This document shows, piece after piece, positions 51,031-64,000 of a DNA stretch of 64,000 bases. Under the pieces are notes generated by a model. That model searched no databases. It was not told the DNA's origin and worked only from the letters and a program-made list of their open reading frames with translations. Numbering within the stretch: the first letter of the stretch is position 1; each line of letters begins with the position of its first letter. The stretch comes from Prorocentrum cordatum (taxonomy: Eukaryota). The position numbers were made by a program, and so were the translations under genes. The stretch spans positions 1,178,001 to 1,242,000 of the forward strand of contig CAUYUJ010000003.1 in assembly GCA_963575745.1 (NCBI GenBank), written 5' to 3'.

Positions 51031-53505
51031 AGGCAATGGGGCGCAATGCCAGATGATTACCATGCAAAGACCACTGGGCGAATGCCAGCGGAAGAGAAGC
51101 TGCCACGGATGGACAACAAACGAGCACAAGCCAGACCCACAGGTGGGGAAACCTGACCAGTGGCCGGGAGAAAGAAAGCAGAGCGGCAGAGTGCGCAGGC
51201 GGAAGCAACGCGGCCCGCAGCCAGAGGCGAAACGCAAGCAGGGACCACTGGGCAGATGCCAGCGGACCAAGGGCACCTGGAGGCACTGCACGTGCAAATG
51301 GAGCAGTAACGGACGCTGAACCTGTACCCTAGCAGCCAAAAGGGGCGCAGCACAGGGGAAAAAGAAAAGAGGCGGAACGGAGCACAGGAGGCCTAGAACG
51401 CGGCGGACTCATTCACATGGCACCCTGTGCGTGTTCGTCATCATGTAAGATGATCACTTCCGACATCGACGAAGGGGGGAAGCCACTTAGCACACAGCTG
51501 GACTTCAAATGGTGAAGCACGAGAAGGGGCCTTCAGCCAGTTGCCTCTGCACCACGGCCCGCACTCAACGCGGGCAAAAAACCTGGGTGGGGTTATTTCA
51601 GCCGACCGCAGGGGCAGGAACCCACGGGACGCCGCGGATGGTGGGGATACGCGAAGCGTCTAGAATTTCCTGGACTTTCGGCTTCCCCACCGCCTCCATA
51701 TTTTTCCGTATTTTCCGGGGGGCCGACGATGATTTGTGTCTGTGAAGTTCTCCCGTCCTGAAAGATATGCATTCAAGGGCGCTGGTGGTCCATGTCTTCG
51801 GCAAGGATCCCGGGCGAATGCGCGCAATGCCCGCCCGTGGCCCAGTCGCCCCCACCTCGGCTACACGTAAAAAGCGGCCCTGGGTAACAGTGACCTCTGG
51901 TGCGCGGATTTGAGGGGGCCGCGAATACGCGTCGGTCGGAAGTGGGCCACATGTGAGGTAGGAGGGCGGACAGCCGAGTGGGTTCCGAGCACTGGGCAGC
52001 GAGCAGCGAGCAGCTGTGCGGCCAGCCCGCGCACGAGCGCCCTCGCGCTCCGCAGCGCTGCCCGGCAGCGGGCCCCGACGGCCTGCCCGCGGCGCGACCG
52101 CTGCCGCGCACTGGGCCTCCGCGCGCTCGCGCGGCCTGCAGAGGGGCCCGTGGCCAGACATCATGTCTGGTCGCGTCGTCAAGGGAAGGAGAAACAACAA
52201 AAACAGAACTCGGCGGCGCGCACAAGGGGCATGGGGGAGGGGGACTGCGTCCAAGAAGGAGGCTGCTTCTCAAGGCGCCGGCCCTACATCTATAGGTAAG
52301 GCCGTGCCGTCAAAGAAGCAGCCTGCTTCTGAGAAGCCTTTCTCCCTCCACCCACCCCACCCGTGCGCGTATGGAAGCAACAACAAAACATCGCATGTCT
52401 GTGGGCACCTGGCCGCGCGCGGCCGCAGATGCGTCGGGGCTCTTTCGGTGCCTGCTGCCCGCGTGGCGGCCACTTGCTGCCCCAGGTGCGACCGACGACA
52501 GCGAACTGCGGCGGGGTGCCCGAGTGGTGGCGTCGAGGATGCGGCCTGGTTTCTCCAGACTGCCAAGGCACCATGCATCGAGGGGCATGCATCAGCTCCT
52601 GCGCCTGCTCGTTGTGCTGCTGCTCATCCTCCTCCCCCTCCATGTCCTCCCCCTCCCCCTTCTCCTCCTCCTCCTCCTCCTCTTCCTCCTCCTCCTCCTT
52701 CCCCCCCCCCTCCCCCTCCCCTCTCCCTTTCGCGAGGGAGCAGGACTTTCGAGCGCGCTGCCTTGGATGAATGCTCTTCGCCTCGATCTGCGCCAGGCCT
52801 CCCAAGTCAGCAGGCAGAGAAGGGACGAAGGGAAGGCCCTTGGAAATCCCACCAACCCTCTGGGCGTACGGTAGGTTCGTGCTGCGTCGGCGCGCGCAAC
52901 AAGGTTTCTGACACAGCGTCGATATTCAAGCTTGAACCGATCGCGGCCCCGATCGCTCAAAATTGAATTCGCTCGGTTCCAATGGCGTTACCGTGTCCAT
53001 CGGTGCTTCCGCGTCGCAGAGTTCAACCTTGAACACCTTCTCAGGCGTCGCCGGCGCGCCAGCGCCGCAGGAACCTACCGTCGTAGCGGATCAGCCCCTT
53101 CAGAACAATTGCATCGACGTCGGCGAGGAGATACCCCTACCATCACATTCCCTCTTCAGGGGTCTGGACGGCGGGTCCCGCGGAGGGCTGGAGCGTCCAG
53201 AATGACCCCAAATGGCCTGACAGGCCTACGGTTCCGGCATTCTCGTCTTCTTGCATTTGATGGGCATGCGAGGCTTCCAGACGGTTGGTTTCGAGAAGGC
53301 CCATACCAGCTCCCAAACAAGGCCAAGAAGGTATCCGAGGGCCCCGACGCGCACCTCGAGAGCGTGCCAAAATCCCCGCAGGATGCAATTCATACGGCTG
53401 CTGCGGTCCCGCTTCCTTGAAGGGGCCAGTGGGACACACAAAGAGACACAAGTCCCAGATTCCTCATAGTTTCCATGTGTTCTGCATGTTCGCCCTCCCC
53501 TTAGA

Positions 53506-53714
53506 GGCCTCCCAGATGGGGTCCAAGCAGATGGGGTCGGAGGCCGCATCGCCAACGCGTCGCCAATACATCGGCGATGCATCAGCGGTTTTGCGACGCA
53601 TCGGCGCCGTCGGCTCGGGAGAACTCTGGCTCCACACCGAACCGCATCGTCGATGCATGGGCGATGCGAAGCGATCCTTCGACCCCATCTAACTCGGACC
53701 CCATCTGGGAGGCC
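53506..53714. mobile_element. MITE-like element, copy 3 (best preserved); partial copies near 26072-26170 and 57865-57890
   Basis: GGCCTCCCAGATGGGGTCC at 53506 is the exact reverse complement of GGACCCCATCTGGGAGGCC ending at 53714. Confidence 0.8.
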
Positions 53715-54284
53715 CATGTTCCAATAGTTTCCAAATGTTCCTGCGGATCGACGATTGTCTGTGTCTGTACGTGATTTCCCCTCCAAGCTCCTGTGTACGT
53801 GATTTCCCCTCCAAGCTCCTGCCTGGCAGGCTCGCTCCGCCGAGAGCTGCCCGCCTGGGGAGCGGCCCCCGGGGCCCCCGCACGGTGCGGCCCCGCCGGG
53901 CGCACTTCTGCGAGAGGCTGGGGCTCATCGCAAGCGCTCGCCTGTCGCATCTGGTCCTCCCCTCCTACTCCTGCCTCCTGCCTCCTCCTCCTCCTCCTCC
54001 TCCTCCTCCTCTTCCTCCTCCTCCTCCCCCTCCCCCTCCCCCTCCTCCTCCTCCTCCTCCTCCTCCTCCTCCTCCTCCTCCTCCTCCTCCCTCCTCCTCC
54101 CCTCCTCCTCCCCCTCCTCCTCCTCCTCCTCCTCCTCCTCCTCCTCCTCCTCATCCTCGTCGTCGTCGTCCTCCTCCCCCTCGCCCTCGTCGCCGTCGTC
54201 GTCGTCCTCCTCCTCCTCCTCCTCCTCCTCCTCCTCCTCATCCTCGTCGTCGTCCTCCTCCTCCTCCTCGTCGTCGTCCTCCTC

Positions 54285-55340
54285 TTCCATTCCTTTTCCT
54301 TATTGATACGTAACTCCTCCCGCACCCCGAGGCCGGTCAAAAGGGCGAGCGGGGCACCTCGACTGAGACATCCTCACCATGTCTGATCCTGAAGCTTAAG
54401 AAACGGCAGAGGTTTCACTGATTGAATGCGGTTGTTTTTTAGATGTGGCTCTCGCCTTAGCGCCGTGCACATTCGTTGTAAAACTCTGCAAGAGCCTAAA
54501 GGATTCAGGGCCAGTGGTTGTCAACATGTGGCTCTCGCCTTAGCGCCGCACACATTCGTTTAAACAAATGCGAAGTGGTTGGGTTGAGGGCGGGTCGATT
54601 TCAACATTTGGCTCTCGCCCGACCGCCACGCACATTCGTTTCAAACATTTGCAAGAGCATCACGGATTGCAGGCGGGCCCCTTTCAACATGTTGTTCTCC
54701 CCTCAGCGCCGCGCGCATTCGTTGCAACAAAAATAAAAAATCACGGATTGGGGGCGGCTCGTTTCCAAAATGTGGCTCTCGCTGTAGTGCCGCGTACATT
54801 CGTTTTACAAATTTACAAGAGATTCATGAATTGACGACGGGCCGTTTTCAAAGTGTGGCTCTCGCATGAGCACCGCGCACATTCGTTTTAAACATTTGAA
54901 GCGCATTCAGGGATTGAGGGCGGGTCGTTTTCACATTGTGGTTCTCGCCTTAGCGCCGGGCACATTCGCTTCGAACATTTGCAAGCGCTTCGCGAACTGA
55001 GGGCGGGTGGTTTTCAACATGTGGCTCTCGCCCAGGCGCCGCTCGCATTCGTTTTAACATGTTGCAGAGTTTCACTGGCGCTGGAGAGACTTTGGATTGT
55101 CGGGGCGCAGCAGGTACGTTGCTTCGCGGTGTTGAATTCCCAGGGGCGCTCTGGTACGATTCAAGATCGCCAAGATGTTATACTCACGTGCGCTCGTGGC
55201 GTTGAAGTCCTCAGAACGGTGTTTTGGCACGCTTCAGGATTGTCGAACAAGTGTCCCCCAACGGGGCAACTCCCGCCGGGGAAATGATCCCTTGCAGGGG
55301 CCTATGAAGAGGAAGCTCAGAGGGAAGGTGTATTCCAACG
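54285..55340 (+). repeat. About 1-kb element with internal 83-bp tandem array, copy 1
   Basis: Unit GGATTGAGGGCGGGTCGTTTTCAACATGTGGCTCTCGCCTTAGCGCCGCGCACATTCG...; unique ends shared with 56780-57705. Confidence 0.85.
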
Positions 55341-55699
55341 TCGTTTGTGGGCCTTGGATTTACACTGGTCCTCATCCTCTTCCTACTCCTTTCTGACGTT
55401 GCGCGGACCTATCGCGAGCACATGTGGCGTTATATTTCTCCTCCTCCGCCTCCGCCTGCGCCTCCGCCTCCTCCTCCTCCTCCTCCTCGCCCTCCTCCTC
55501 CTTCTCCTCTTCCTCCTCATCCTCCTCCTCCTCCTCCTCCTCCTCCTCCTCCTCCTCCTCCTCCTCCTCCCCCTCCTCTTCCTCCCCCTCCTCCGCTTCC
55601 GTTGCAGCTGTCAGGCCAGGACTTGTAGTGCCCTGCCACCTCGGCCAAGAGGTGCGGCCTGGGCGCGGGGAGACCCCAGTGGCACCTCCTAGTCTGAGG

Positions 55700-56673
55700 T
55701 GAACCGCCGTTGACGATCACAAAGGCGGGGCCCGCGGCTTCCTGCCTACAACCTCTTGGTTGCAATGCTCTTTGCCGCGGGCATACTGTTGCCGTGCTTG
55801 TTGGGGTGCGGGCGTTGGGCAACGCTCCGTGTATTGTCCCTTGGGCGCCCATCCCGAACCCGCATGCGCCATTTTGGCGCGGGGTGTAGGGCGGTCCTTG
55901 GGTTGCTTCCTTATTCTTGATTCCTCCCTAGGGCACTGCGTTTCTGGCGCTATTGGGAGTTAGTCAGGGGAAAGAAGCCGGAGGTCAGGTCCCAACTTGT
56001 GTCCGCAATTCCCCCTTCTTGCGCGTGTGCCTTGGTGTTTGCCGGTGGCCATGTTGGCCGTTGGCCAGGGCACGTTGGCCCGCGCTTAGTTGAGTGCCAC
56101 GGTTTTGTTTTGCCTCTTTGGGCCTGCAACACTCCTCCTGCTCCTCCTCCTTCTCCTCCTCCTCCTCCTTCTGCTCCTCCTGCTCCTCATCCTGCTCCTC
56201 CTCCTCCTCCTCCTCCTCTTCCTCCTCCTCCTCCTCCGCCTCCTCCTCCTTCTCCTCCCCGTGCCCCTCCCCCTCCCGCTCCCCTTCCCCCTCCTCCTCT
56301 TCCTCCTCCTCCTCCTCCTCGATCCGCCTCGATGTCTCTGACGCGAGCCTGGAGGTAGTCCAATTGTTTCAACCCTGTGATGTTGGATGACGTGTTTTGT
56401 GGGCTTCCTGGGGGTGCGAGAGTACACATTGCTGGGGGGTGGGTCGACCCCTCCCACACCATGCGGTTGCATCAGACCCTGAATATCTGGTTCTGCGCGT
56501 ACTGTGGTATGTATGGGGGTAAGCAACTTTTGGGCCTGGGGAAGGGGTGCACGAATCAGATCACCCCCACCCGTGCCGAGTATTTGAATCGTCTTGAGCG
56601 GGGGCTATTCCCTAACATCTTTAGTAAGGCCGAGCTCATGCGTAAGGCTGGGGCCCATAACGGGTCCCCATGA
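55700..56673 (+). mobile_element. Probable 3' fragment of a second LINE family (Cys-rich C-terminus), interrupted by a CCT tract
   Basis: DPSHTMRLHQTLNIWFCAYCGMYGGKQLLGLGKGC...YLNRLERGLFP and upstream CxxC pairs. Confidence 0.5.
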
Positions 56674-56779
56674 GAGATGCATGGACTTCGTCCTGGAACT
56701 CCTGAACTCCTGAACTCCTCCTCCTCCCCCTCCCCCTCCCCCTCCCTTTCCCCCTCCCCCTCCTCCGCCTCCTCCTCCT

Positions 56780-57705
56780 CCATTCCTTTTCCTTATACAT
56801 AGTTTCTCCCTGTCGCAGCCCGGGGCCAATTTGTAGGGCGGTCGGGCGTTGCGCCTGAGACTTCCTCACCATTTATGACTCTGAAGCATACAAACTGGCA
56901 ACGGTTTCGCAGATGAAGAGCGGGCATTTTCAGCATGTGGCTTTAGCCTTAGTGCGGCGCACATTATTTTCAAACAAATCGCAAGAGCTCCACGGATTTA
57001 GGGCGGGTGGTTTCCAACATGTGGCTCCCGCCTTAGCGCGGCGCACATTCGTTTTAAACATTTGCAGGAGCTTCACGGATTGAAGGCAATTCCTTTTCAA
57101 AATGTGGCTCTCGCATTAGCGCGGCGCACATTCGTTTTCAAACATTTGCAAGGGCTTCACGGATTGAGGGCGGGTGGTTTTCAAAATGTGGCTATCGCCT
57201 TGGCGCGGCGCACATTCGCTTTAAACAGCTGCAAGAGTTTCACAGGTTGAGGGCGAGTGGTTTTCAAAATGTGGCTCTCGCCTCAGCGCGGCGCACATTC
57301 GATGTTAAAACGTTGCAAGACCTTCACGGATTGAGGGTGGTTCCTTTTCAAGCTGTGGGTCGCACCCTAGCGCCGCGCACAATCGTTGACAAAGTTGTCA
57401 AGAGTTTCACAGAGTGCCATCGTGAACGTACCAAAAATTGTGTTTTGGACGGATTACGGGTTATGCGGGCGCAACAGTTACGTTGATTCTCTGTTGAAGT
57501 CCTAAGAATGGTGTTCTGGCACGATTCAGGATCGTCAGAACGCAACAGTCAGGTTGATCCGCGGCGTTGGACTCCCGAGAACAATGTGTTTGGCATGCTT
57601 CAGGGTCTTCAAACGGGTGTCTCCCAACGAGGCAGTTCCCTCAGTGTAAATTACCCGTTGTAGCGGCCTGTGAAGAGGAAGCTTAGAGGGAAGGTTCACT
57701 CCAAC
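56780..57705 (+). repeat. About 1-kb element with internal 83-bp tandem array, copy 2 (direct orientation)
   Basis: Shared start (TTCCTTTTCCTTAT...GAGAC.TCCTCACCAT) and end (GCCT.TGAAGAGGAAGCT.AGAGGGAAGGT...TCCAAC); unit spacing 56991 to 57074 is 83 bp. Confidence 0.85.
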
Positions 57706-59229
57706 ATCGTCTCCCCCTCCTCCTCCTCCTTCTCCTCGCCCTCCTCCTCCTCCTCCTCCTCCTCCCGCCCCTCCCCCGTTCAGGCCAGCTTGAGGCCGCG
57801 AAGGCCTGGCGCCGCCCTCGTGCCTGGCCGCGCCGGCGCGCCCCCCTCCCGCCGCGACCCGCTCTAGAAGCCTCCCAAATGGGGTCCAAGCACAGTCAGC
57901 CTGTAGAACCGGGACGCACGATAATAACGCAAAGTTTTCTGAAGGCCATATGGGTGACGATCAAACACGGGTCATACGCGAGATGGCACAGCGACCTTAC
58001 GCCGCGGCTTACGCAGGCCGCCAGTGCGGCGCGCTAGATTGGAGACGAGGGCGCTTACGCGCGACCTTACGCGGGCAGCGTACGCGCTAATGTCGGCGCA
58101 AACGACCCCGTTTTTTTCTGTCGCTCAGGCCGACACTCTGCGGGCGGAGCGCGGCCAGCGAAAGCGGCCAGGGGTTGGCCGAAGGGGAAAGAAGCATGGG
58201 TAACATTTGAAAGCCGCTCAGACTTACTATGCGGGCTGACTGTAGCGCTGCACTGCGGCCGCCTGCCCCATCTTGTCCCCGGTCATACGATCCCCTGTAA
58301 GTCACACGCAATCAGTTCTGCTTACGATCCAGAGAGGCGCGGAGCCGCGCGTGGCGCTTGTAGCCGGGGGGGTCGGACCCGCGCGTCCGATGTCGGTGCC
58401 TCTCTCTCTCTCTCTATTCCTCGCTCTCTCTCTCTCTCTCTCTTTCTCGTTTTCGCTCGTTCTCTCTCTCTCTCTCGTCTGCATGGGTTCCAATGTCCAC
58501 CAGCAGCAGAGGTAGCACCATGAGCAGGAGCCCCCCACGAGTCCGTCCACACCAGTCAACACGAAACAAGATCCCATGCCAGCTCGTATAGCCATGTCGA
58601 TGTCCGTGTCGAGGCGGTCGCCAACCGTCGATGGGGAGGATGGGGGAAGAGACGGAGGGAGAGAGATCCGTTCTCCAGATTGGGGCGCAAGGCTGTGAAG
58701 CTGACCTGCTTACTGGACCAATGCCTTGCTGGTGTCTCTCGTTGTAGTCCGGCCACTCGTCCAGCCCTGTTCCCTGTTTCTCGTCTCTCTAACCCTTTCC
58801 AGCTGTTGCTCTGTACTGGGGGTCAATGCTGTAACAAATACAAAGCCCAGTGCCAGGACAGCCAAAGATGGCCAGAGGATGCCCCATAAGGTCAAGAGTG
58901 ACCCAAGACGCCCTCGGGGGAGGGGACCTAAGCGTGTTTGGAATGTTAGGTGCCCATGGCACGTTTTGCTCGAACGGTGTCGTAAGATCGCTTCAAGGTT
59001 TCCCCAGAGCCCCCCAGGATGGCCAAGACGGCCCCAAAGGCCCCGAGATGCAGTCAGAACCGCCCATCCAGGCCCAGTACAGCCCCAGGACGGCCCCGAC
59101 GAGATGCCCTTGAGATGCATTCCCTGAGACCACGGCGATGGCCCCCACGATAGCCCCCAGATTGCACGGCATGGCCCGAAGCCCCTCGAGAGCCTCGGAT
59201 TCGAGTACGTACCAGTACCCACCGCCACA

Positions 59230-62200
59230 GGATGGGCACGCGCACTAAGAGGGAGAACCACACTGCGATCGCCTCCTTGCCAGACATCAACCAACAAACT
59301 TTTATGTCACTACAGCAACGACTCCAACAAGCTCTGCACAGCTGGAAGACCCACTCGTCGCGCACCCTCATCACAACACACTTGTCACAGAGACCAGCCT
59401 GCATACCCGATTACAGAACGGTCGACTACCACCAGGACCACCAGCCATTCGACGACAACGAGGAAACCCAACGCGACGTACGAAGACGGCCGCTCATCCA
59501 CCTCACCTGGGACGAACTCAGCAATGACACCGTCGACAACATGGCACGACTAAGATGCGCTTGCTTCAACGAAGACGGCACCGAAAAAAAGCCTCAAGGA
59601 GACGCTGTGCAAGATCTACTACCAGCATCGCGAGAAGAAGTGCGAGTTGCAGATGGACGAAGACCACGGCACACGCGCCAAATTCACCGACGACGACCAA
59701 ACCACATTCATCAATTCCACGACCGAGCATCAACACAATGTCACCTTAGGCGAAGAGTTGTTCTCACTAACCAACTACCTCGCGGATGCACTCCACACAT
59801 CAGGAGCATCAACACTACGCCGACCATGGGCCACATGCATACTAGAAAAACAGAGAAGACACATTACACCACCCTCCACATAACTTCAACCATAATGTTA
59901 ATGCGAGCTACTAAACCAATGGACTGTTACGGCATGTGTAAGACCAGACTATCGCCGGGGGCAAACTCCTCCAACGCTCTACGAGCTGACCGCACCGACA
60001 TCTACCAACCCCATGTGGCCACGCATACTGTAACCACACATTTCCCAAGCCCATGCAGGTCCTATACCCCAGCGGGCACATCGAACACAACGGGCGCAAT
60101 CCCAACTTCATGCGCTCACAACCCACGCTTGAAATACCCAACCCTGAAGGACCCCCCTTCAATTTCCGACCGCCCAAGTGCATCAGAACGCGAGACGGAG
60201 TCAAGATCCCTACTGACAACCCAGCCGACCACCCACACCACAACTTTGCACAAAGCCAACTCGCAGAGATTCGCGACATAGAGAGAAGAGAGAAGACACT
60301 ACGAGCACGAAGACGACTTACGACCCACCTTCACAGGGCGCGCACAAATGACGCCAACACAGCAGCGTATACCCACCCAGACATTCAGGCCCCAAACAAC
60401 AAAACAAGACAGAACAAGAGCAGGCGCAGGCTACGAATTCACGCCACCCCCACCAGCACAGATGCCAACCACGCCTACAAATGCCAACCCCACCTACAGA
60501 GCCAGCAACACCGCAACATCCTCACCCCGCGCCTCCCAGGCATCCTTGGGCAAACATACTCGGCTTAGTATACGAAACTACAGACTCCGAAGCCAGCATA
60601 AACAACGACGGCCCATGGGCCAAGATGAACGGAGCGGCATGCGCACATGTGATATACCTCACCTCACTGCCACCGAACAACTATCACGACACGCAATGAT
60701 CGAACAGATGGCCAACTTTTTACCGCCACGCCAACGACACGGTCACGGAGGGCTGCGACGATAGCGATGGCACCACGCGCAAAGCTACCACGAATGCTCC
60801 GACACTTACTCATACAGATTCCAACGGCCATCTACTGCCACCTGGGTAGAGCAGGTACCTGGACAAGTTCAATAACGAGCTCTTCGTGCACCAGGACGAG
60901 AACCGATGCCTACCACACCCTCCACTACGACCTGACTCAAGAGCACCACCACTCTCGACCTTGCAACCACCGCCCATGACCGAAACCAAGTACCACCATA
61001 AAGAACGTCTACCTCCGCCCAAGCACCCAAAACGTCTGACTTGTTTTCCCGATGCGGCAACGACATGCGCGCATTTGCGGGCTACTACCGCACCAACGCG
61101 GCGTTTCGTCTGGCAGTAACTACCACCAGCCAGTACTTCCAAACACTAATGACAGGTGGACAAGCACCACTGAAGCAGCGATACAAGAAATAACACAAAG
61201 GCCCAATCCATTCCTCAACGTCGATAACAACATGAAGTGCGACTGGGCAGTCAATACCTACGACACGGCTGCACTCCTACAAAAAGTTACAACCGAGGGC
61301 GGCCCCCAATACTGCGAGGCCTACGCAACTGACAAACAAATACAGCACAAGCGAAAACCACACGCCGACAACCGTCAGCTCGACGGACGACAGCCCAGCA
61401 ACACCACCAGCTTCACTTCGAATCACGCACACCCCACCTGCCAAAACAAACACCACCAATTCTCATCCCAATTAGCCAGAGAGGACATGCCAACAACCGC
61501 CAACGCGACCGTCGACAGGCCAACAGAACCTACTGCACCACCCCCTACCAAGCAAGCACCATCTGCCAAAACAAAAAGCCACTACCATCCACCTACTTCA
61601 AATGTTCCTGGCGCAAGACCCAACCATATGTGGTTGTGAATAACGCGTTGTGGGTGCCGCTTCCGGTTGGCCACGCAACGCGCGATTGTGCGTGCCGTAA
61701 TGGGTGGGGGGGGGGGGCGCATGCGGGTGGTCCACCTGGGGCGTTCGGTGGAGCCCCCCATGAGGCCACGAAACGCTGTACTGGTTGTGGCGGACGCATG
61801 CGGGCGGTCCCACTGGGACCTTCGGTAGAGCCCCCATATGGGGCCAAGAAGCGCTGTACTGGGTGGGAGGGACGCATGCGGGCGGTCCCACTGGGGGGGG
61901 CCTTCGGAGGAGCTCCCTACGAGGCCACGAAGCCCTGTACTGGGTGTGGCGGACGCATGCGGGCACCCCCACTGGGGCCTTCGGAGGAGCTCCCTATGGG
62001 GCCACGAAGCGCTGTACTGGGTGGGGGGGACGCAGGCGGGCGGACCTACTGGGGGGGCCTTCGGAGGAGCTCCCTATGTGGCCGGGAAGCGCTGTACTGG
62101 GTGGGGAGGGGGGGCGCATGCGCCACGAAACGCTGTACTGGTTGTGGCGGACGCATGCGGGCGGTCCCACTGGGACCTTCGGTGGAGCTCCCTATGAACC

Positions 62201-63250
62201 CACGATGCGCTGTACTAGGTGTGGCAGACGCATGCGGGCATCCCCACTGGGGCCTTCAGTGGAGCTCCCTACGAGGCCACGAAACCCTGTACTGGGTGTG
62301 GCGGACGCATGCGGGCACCCCCACTGGGGCCTTCGGAGGAGCTCCCTATGGGGTCACGAAGCGCTGTACTGGGTGTGGCAGACGCATGCCGCCACCCCCA
62401 TTGGGGCCTTCGGTGGATCTCTCTCTGGGGCCACGAAACGTGTGAGGGGTGTCCCACAGTGAGGGTGGTGACAGGAGGAGGGAGGAGGGGGGGGAGGAGT
62501 AGGAGAGGAGAGGAGAAGAGAGGAGAGGAACACAGGGACCGTCTATTCAAAACGAGGACCCAACACCACAGAATGTTGAGGAAAAAACACCGCGGCCAAA
62601 GATTACCCACGCCATCCTTAACAACCCTACCGCAGACACGCCTGCTGCACCCCACAGAAAAGCCATTACCACATGGTCCCCCAAAGCAGGGGTCGCCATA
62701 CACGTGCGCCAACCACCTCCAATGCTCAGAACTCCCATTGCCTGCCCGCCCATTGAGGACCTCCTTACGCAGCGATGGCTGCAAGAGGTACCGGCGCACC
62801 GCCTCGCGCCACAGACATACGCCACACTGCAAATATGCTTCCCAGCTCAAGTATGCCAGGAGCCCCCTAAACATAACATTTACGCGCAACACAACGTGAC
62901 CGACAGTCGTGGGCGCATCTTTGCACGCGACACTAGGGACCAACACTTTGACGAGCACATTGAGACAACGCGATCAGACCAAACACGATACGAGGAATAC
63001 CTCGCCAGCCTCTACACACGCAGCAACCAACAAGACGCACCGTTCACACAAGCACCACCGTAGAAGGCAATGCCACGACTAGTCAAGGCGCCGCCGAAAC
63101 TCATGCCAACGGCTAACCACAACGACAGCAACAGCACGCGTGAACGACCATTCAAAACACAGCTAAGCACAACCGTGGCAGTACGCAGGGCACAGCCACG
63201 ACATCGACCGCATATACCAGCAGCGCTTCGACTGCCGCAGATCATAGGCA
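59230..63250 (+). other. Unidentified decayed A/C-skewed coding element, copy 2 (59230-61620 and 62585-63250)
   Basis: Same composition and shared peptide blocks with copy 1; many frameshifts. Confidence 0.5.
61715..62445 (+). repeat. Tandem satellite, about 76-77 bp unit (GCTGTACTGGGTGTGGCGGACGCATGCGGGC...GAGCTCCCTATGGGGCCACGAAGC)
   Basis: About 9 visible units. Confidence 0.95.
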
Positions 63251-64000
63251 TCTGACCCCCCTCCCTCCACTCCAGCCGGCACGCCAAGGGGCCAGCGACT
63301 AAGTATTCATTACTCTCATCTCCCCCCTCAGGACGCTAGCAGCGACAGAGGCTCCTTGCGCTGCCACTCTCCCCATCATACGTTTGCGTTGAAAGTGGCC
63401 CTGTCCCCGCAGCGCTGTCCTTCTACCCTAGGCTACAACCATTTTGGCGCGGCGGCGGGGGAATGCCCTGACACCCCCACCGTGGACTACCGACCACAAA
63501 CACCTTGGCGTGCAATACTCCCTCTCAACACACCCTGATTTAGACACCTTGTCCTTCCGTTTTGCGCAACCAGTTGCAGGCATCTAATTTCCCAAACTGC
63601 TCGCGCAATGGGTCCGTGCTAAGCCCGAGAATAATCTTCAAAACGCACGAAGGACCTGGGACCAAGGCGGTTCAGCGCGACCCCGAAAAAACCCTGGGCA
63701 GCAACCCAAGAACGGCCACGTGTTGCCTGCCACATGATGTTTCAATGCCCGCTTTAAATTTTAAGCGTGCTTGCAGGCATGACCAGACGGCAGCCGGGGG
63801 AGACTTACTTGGGGCACTGGGGGATCAGACCATGACTCATCCAGTGGTGCAGCACCGGCCAGCGTCGGTCACCATGTTTCATTGATTGCCCCTTTCACAA
63901 GTACCACTTGTTTTCTGACATCGCACACATACGAGGCACCTGTTCCCTTACCTACTGTTGCGCGCCTGAATATATTTGAATGCTCTTGCAGAAGCAGCAC

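Noticed and set aside
61715..62445. CRISPR-like appearance of the regular arrays here and at 54420-57420
   Set aside because: Whole units repeat with no unique spacers, no cas genes are present, and the context is eukaryotic
55866..63450. CCATTTTGGC matches at about 55869 and 63439 (and GCCATTTTG at 12404)
   Set aside because: Only 9-11 nt and lacking the TCAAG end; too short to call spliced-leader relics

Overview
Repeat-dense, GC-rich eukaryotic DNA, most likely from a dinoflagellate (inferred from GC- and GA-donor introns with AG|G repeated at both ends, spliced-leader-like motifs and the retroelement types). Only one host gene is well supported. It is a minus-strand, multi-exon gene in which a ketopantoate-reductase (PanE/ApbA) domain (exons at 25991-23533) appears to be spliced, through a 42-nt linker exon (23006-22965) and an 18,770-nt intron, to a divergent fumarylacetoacetate-hydrolase (FAH/FAHD1-like) domain (exons 4194-3982 and 3735-3535). 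Its last exons were not found and probably lie left of the window. The rest is nested mobile and repetitive DNA: a decayed Copia-like gag-protease-integrase remnant, a TA-flanked foldback element full of satellites, a near-complete APE-type LINE whose 3' end abuts a spliced-leader-like motif, a decayed DIRS-like tyrosine-recombinase retroelement carrying a C5-cytosine-methyltransferase-like domain and bracketed by inverted repeats, two diverged copies of an unidentified A/C-skewed coding element, MITEs, satellites and many microsatellites. Most ORFs in the supplied track are artefacts of high GC and simple repeats. All family assignments come from motif recognition by eye; no searches were run.
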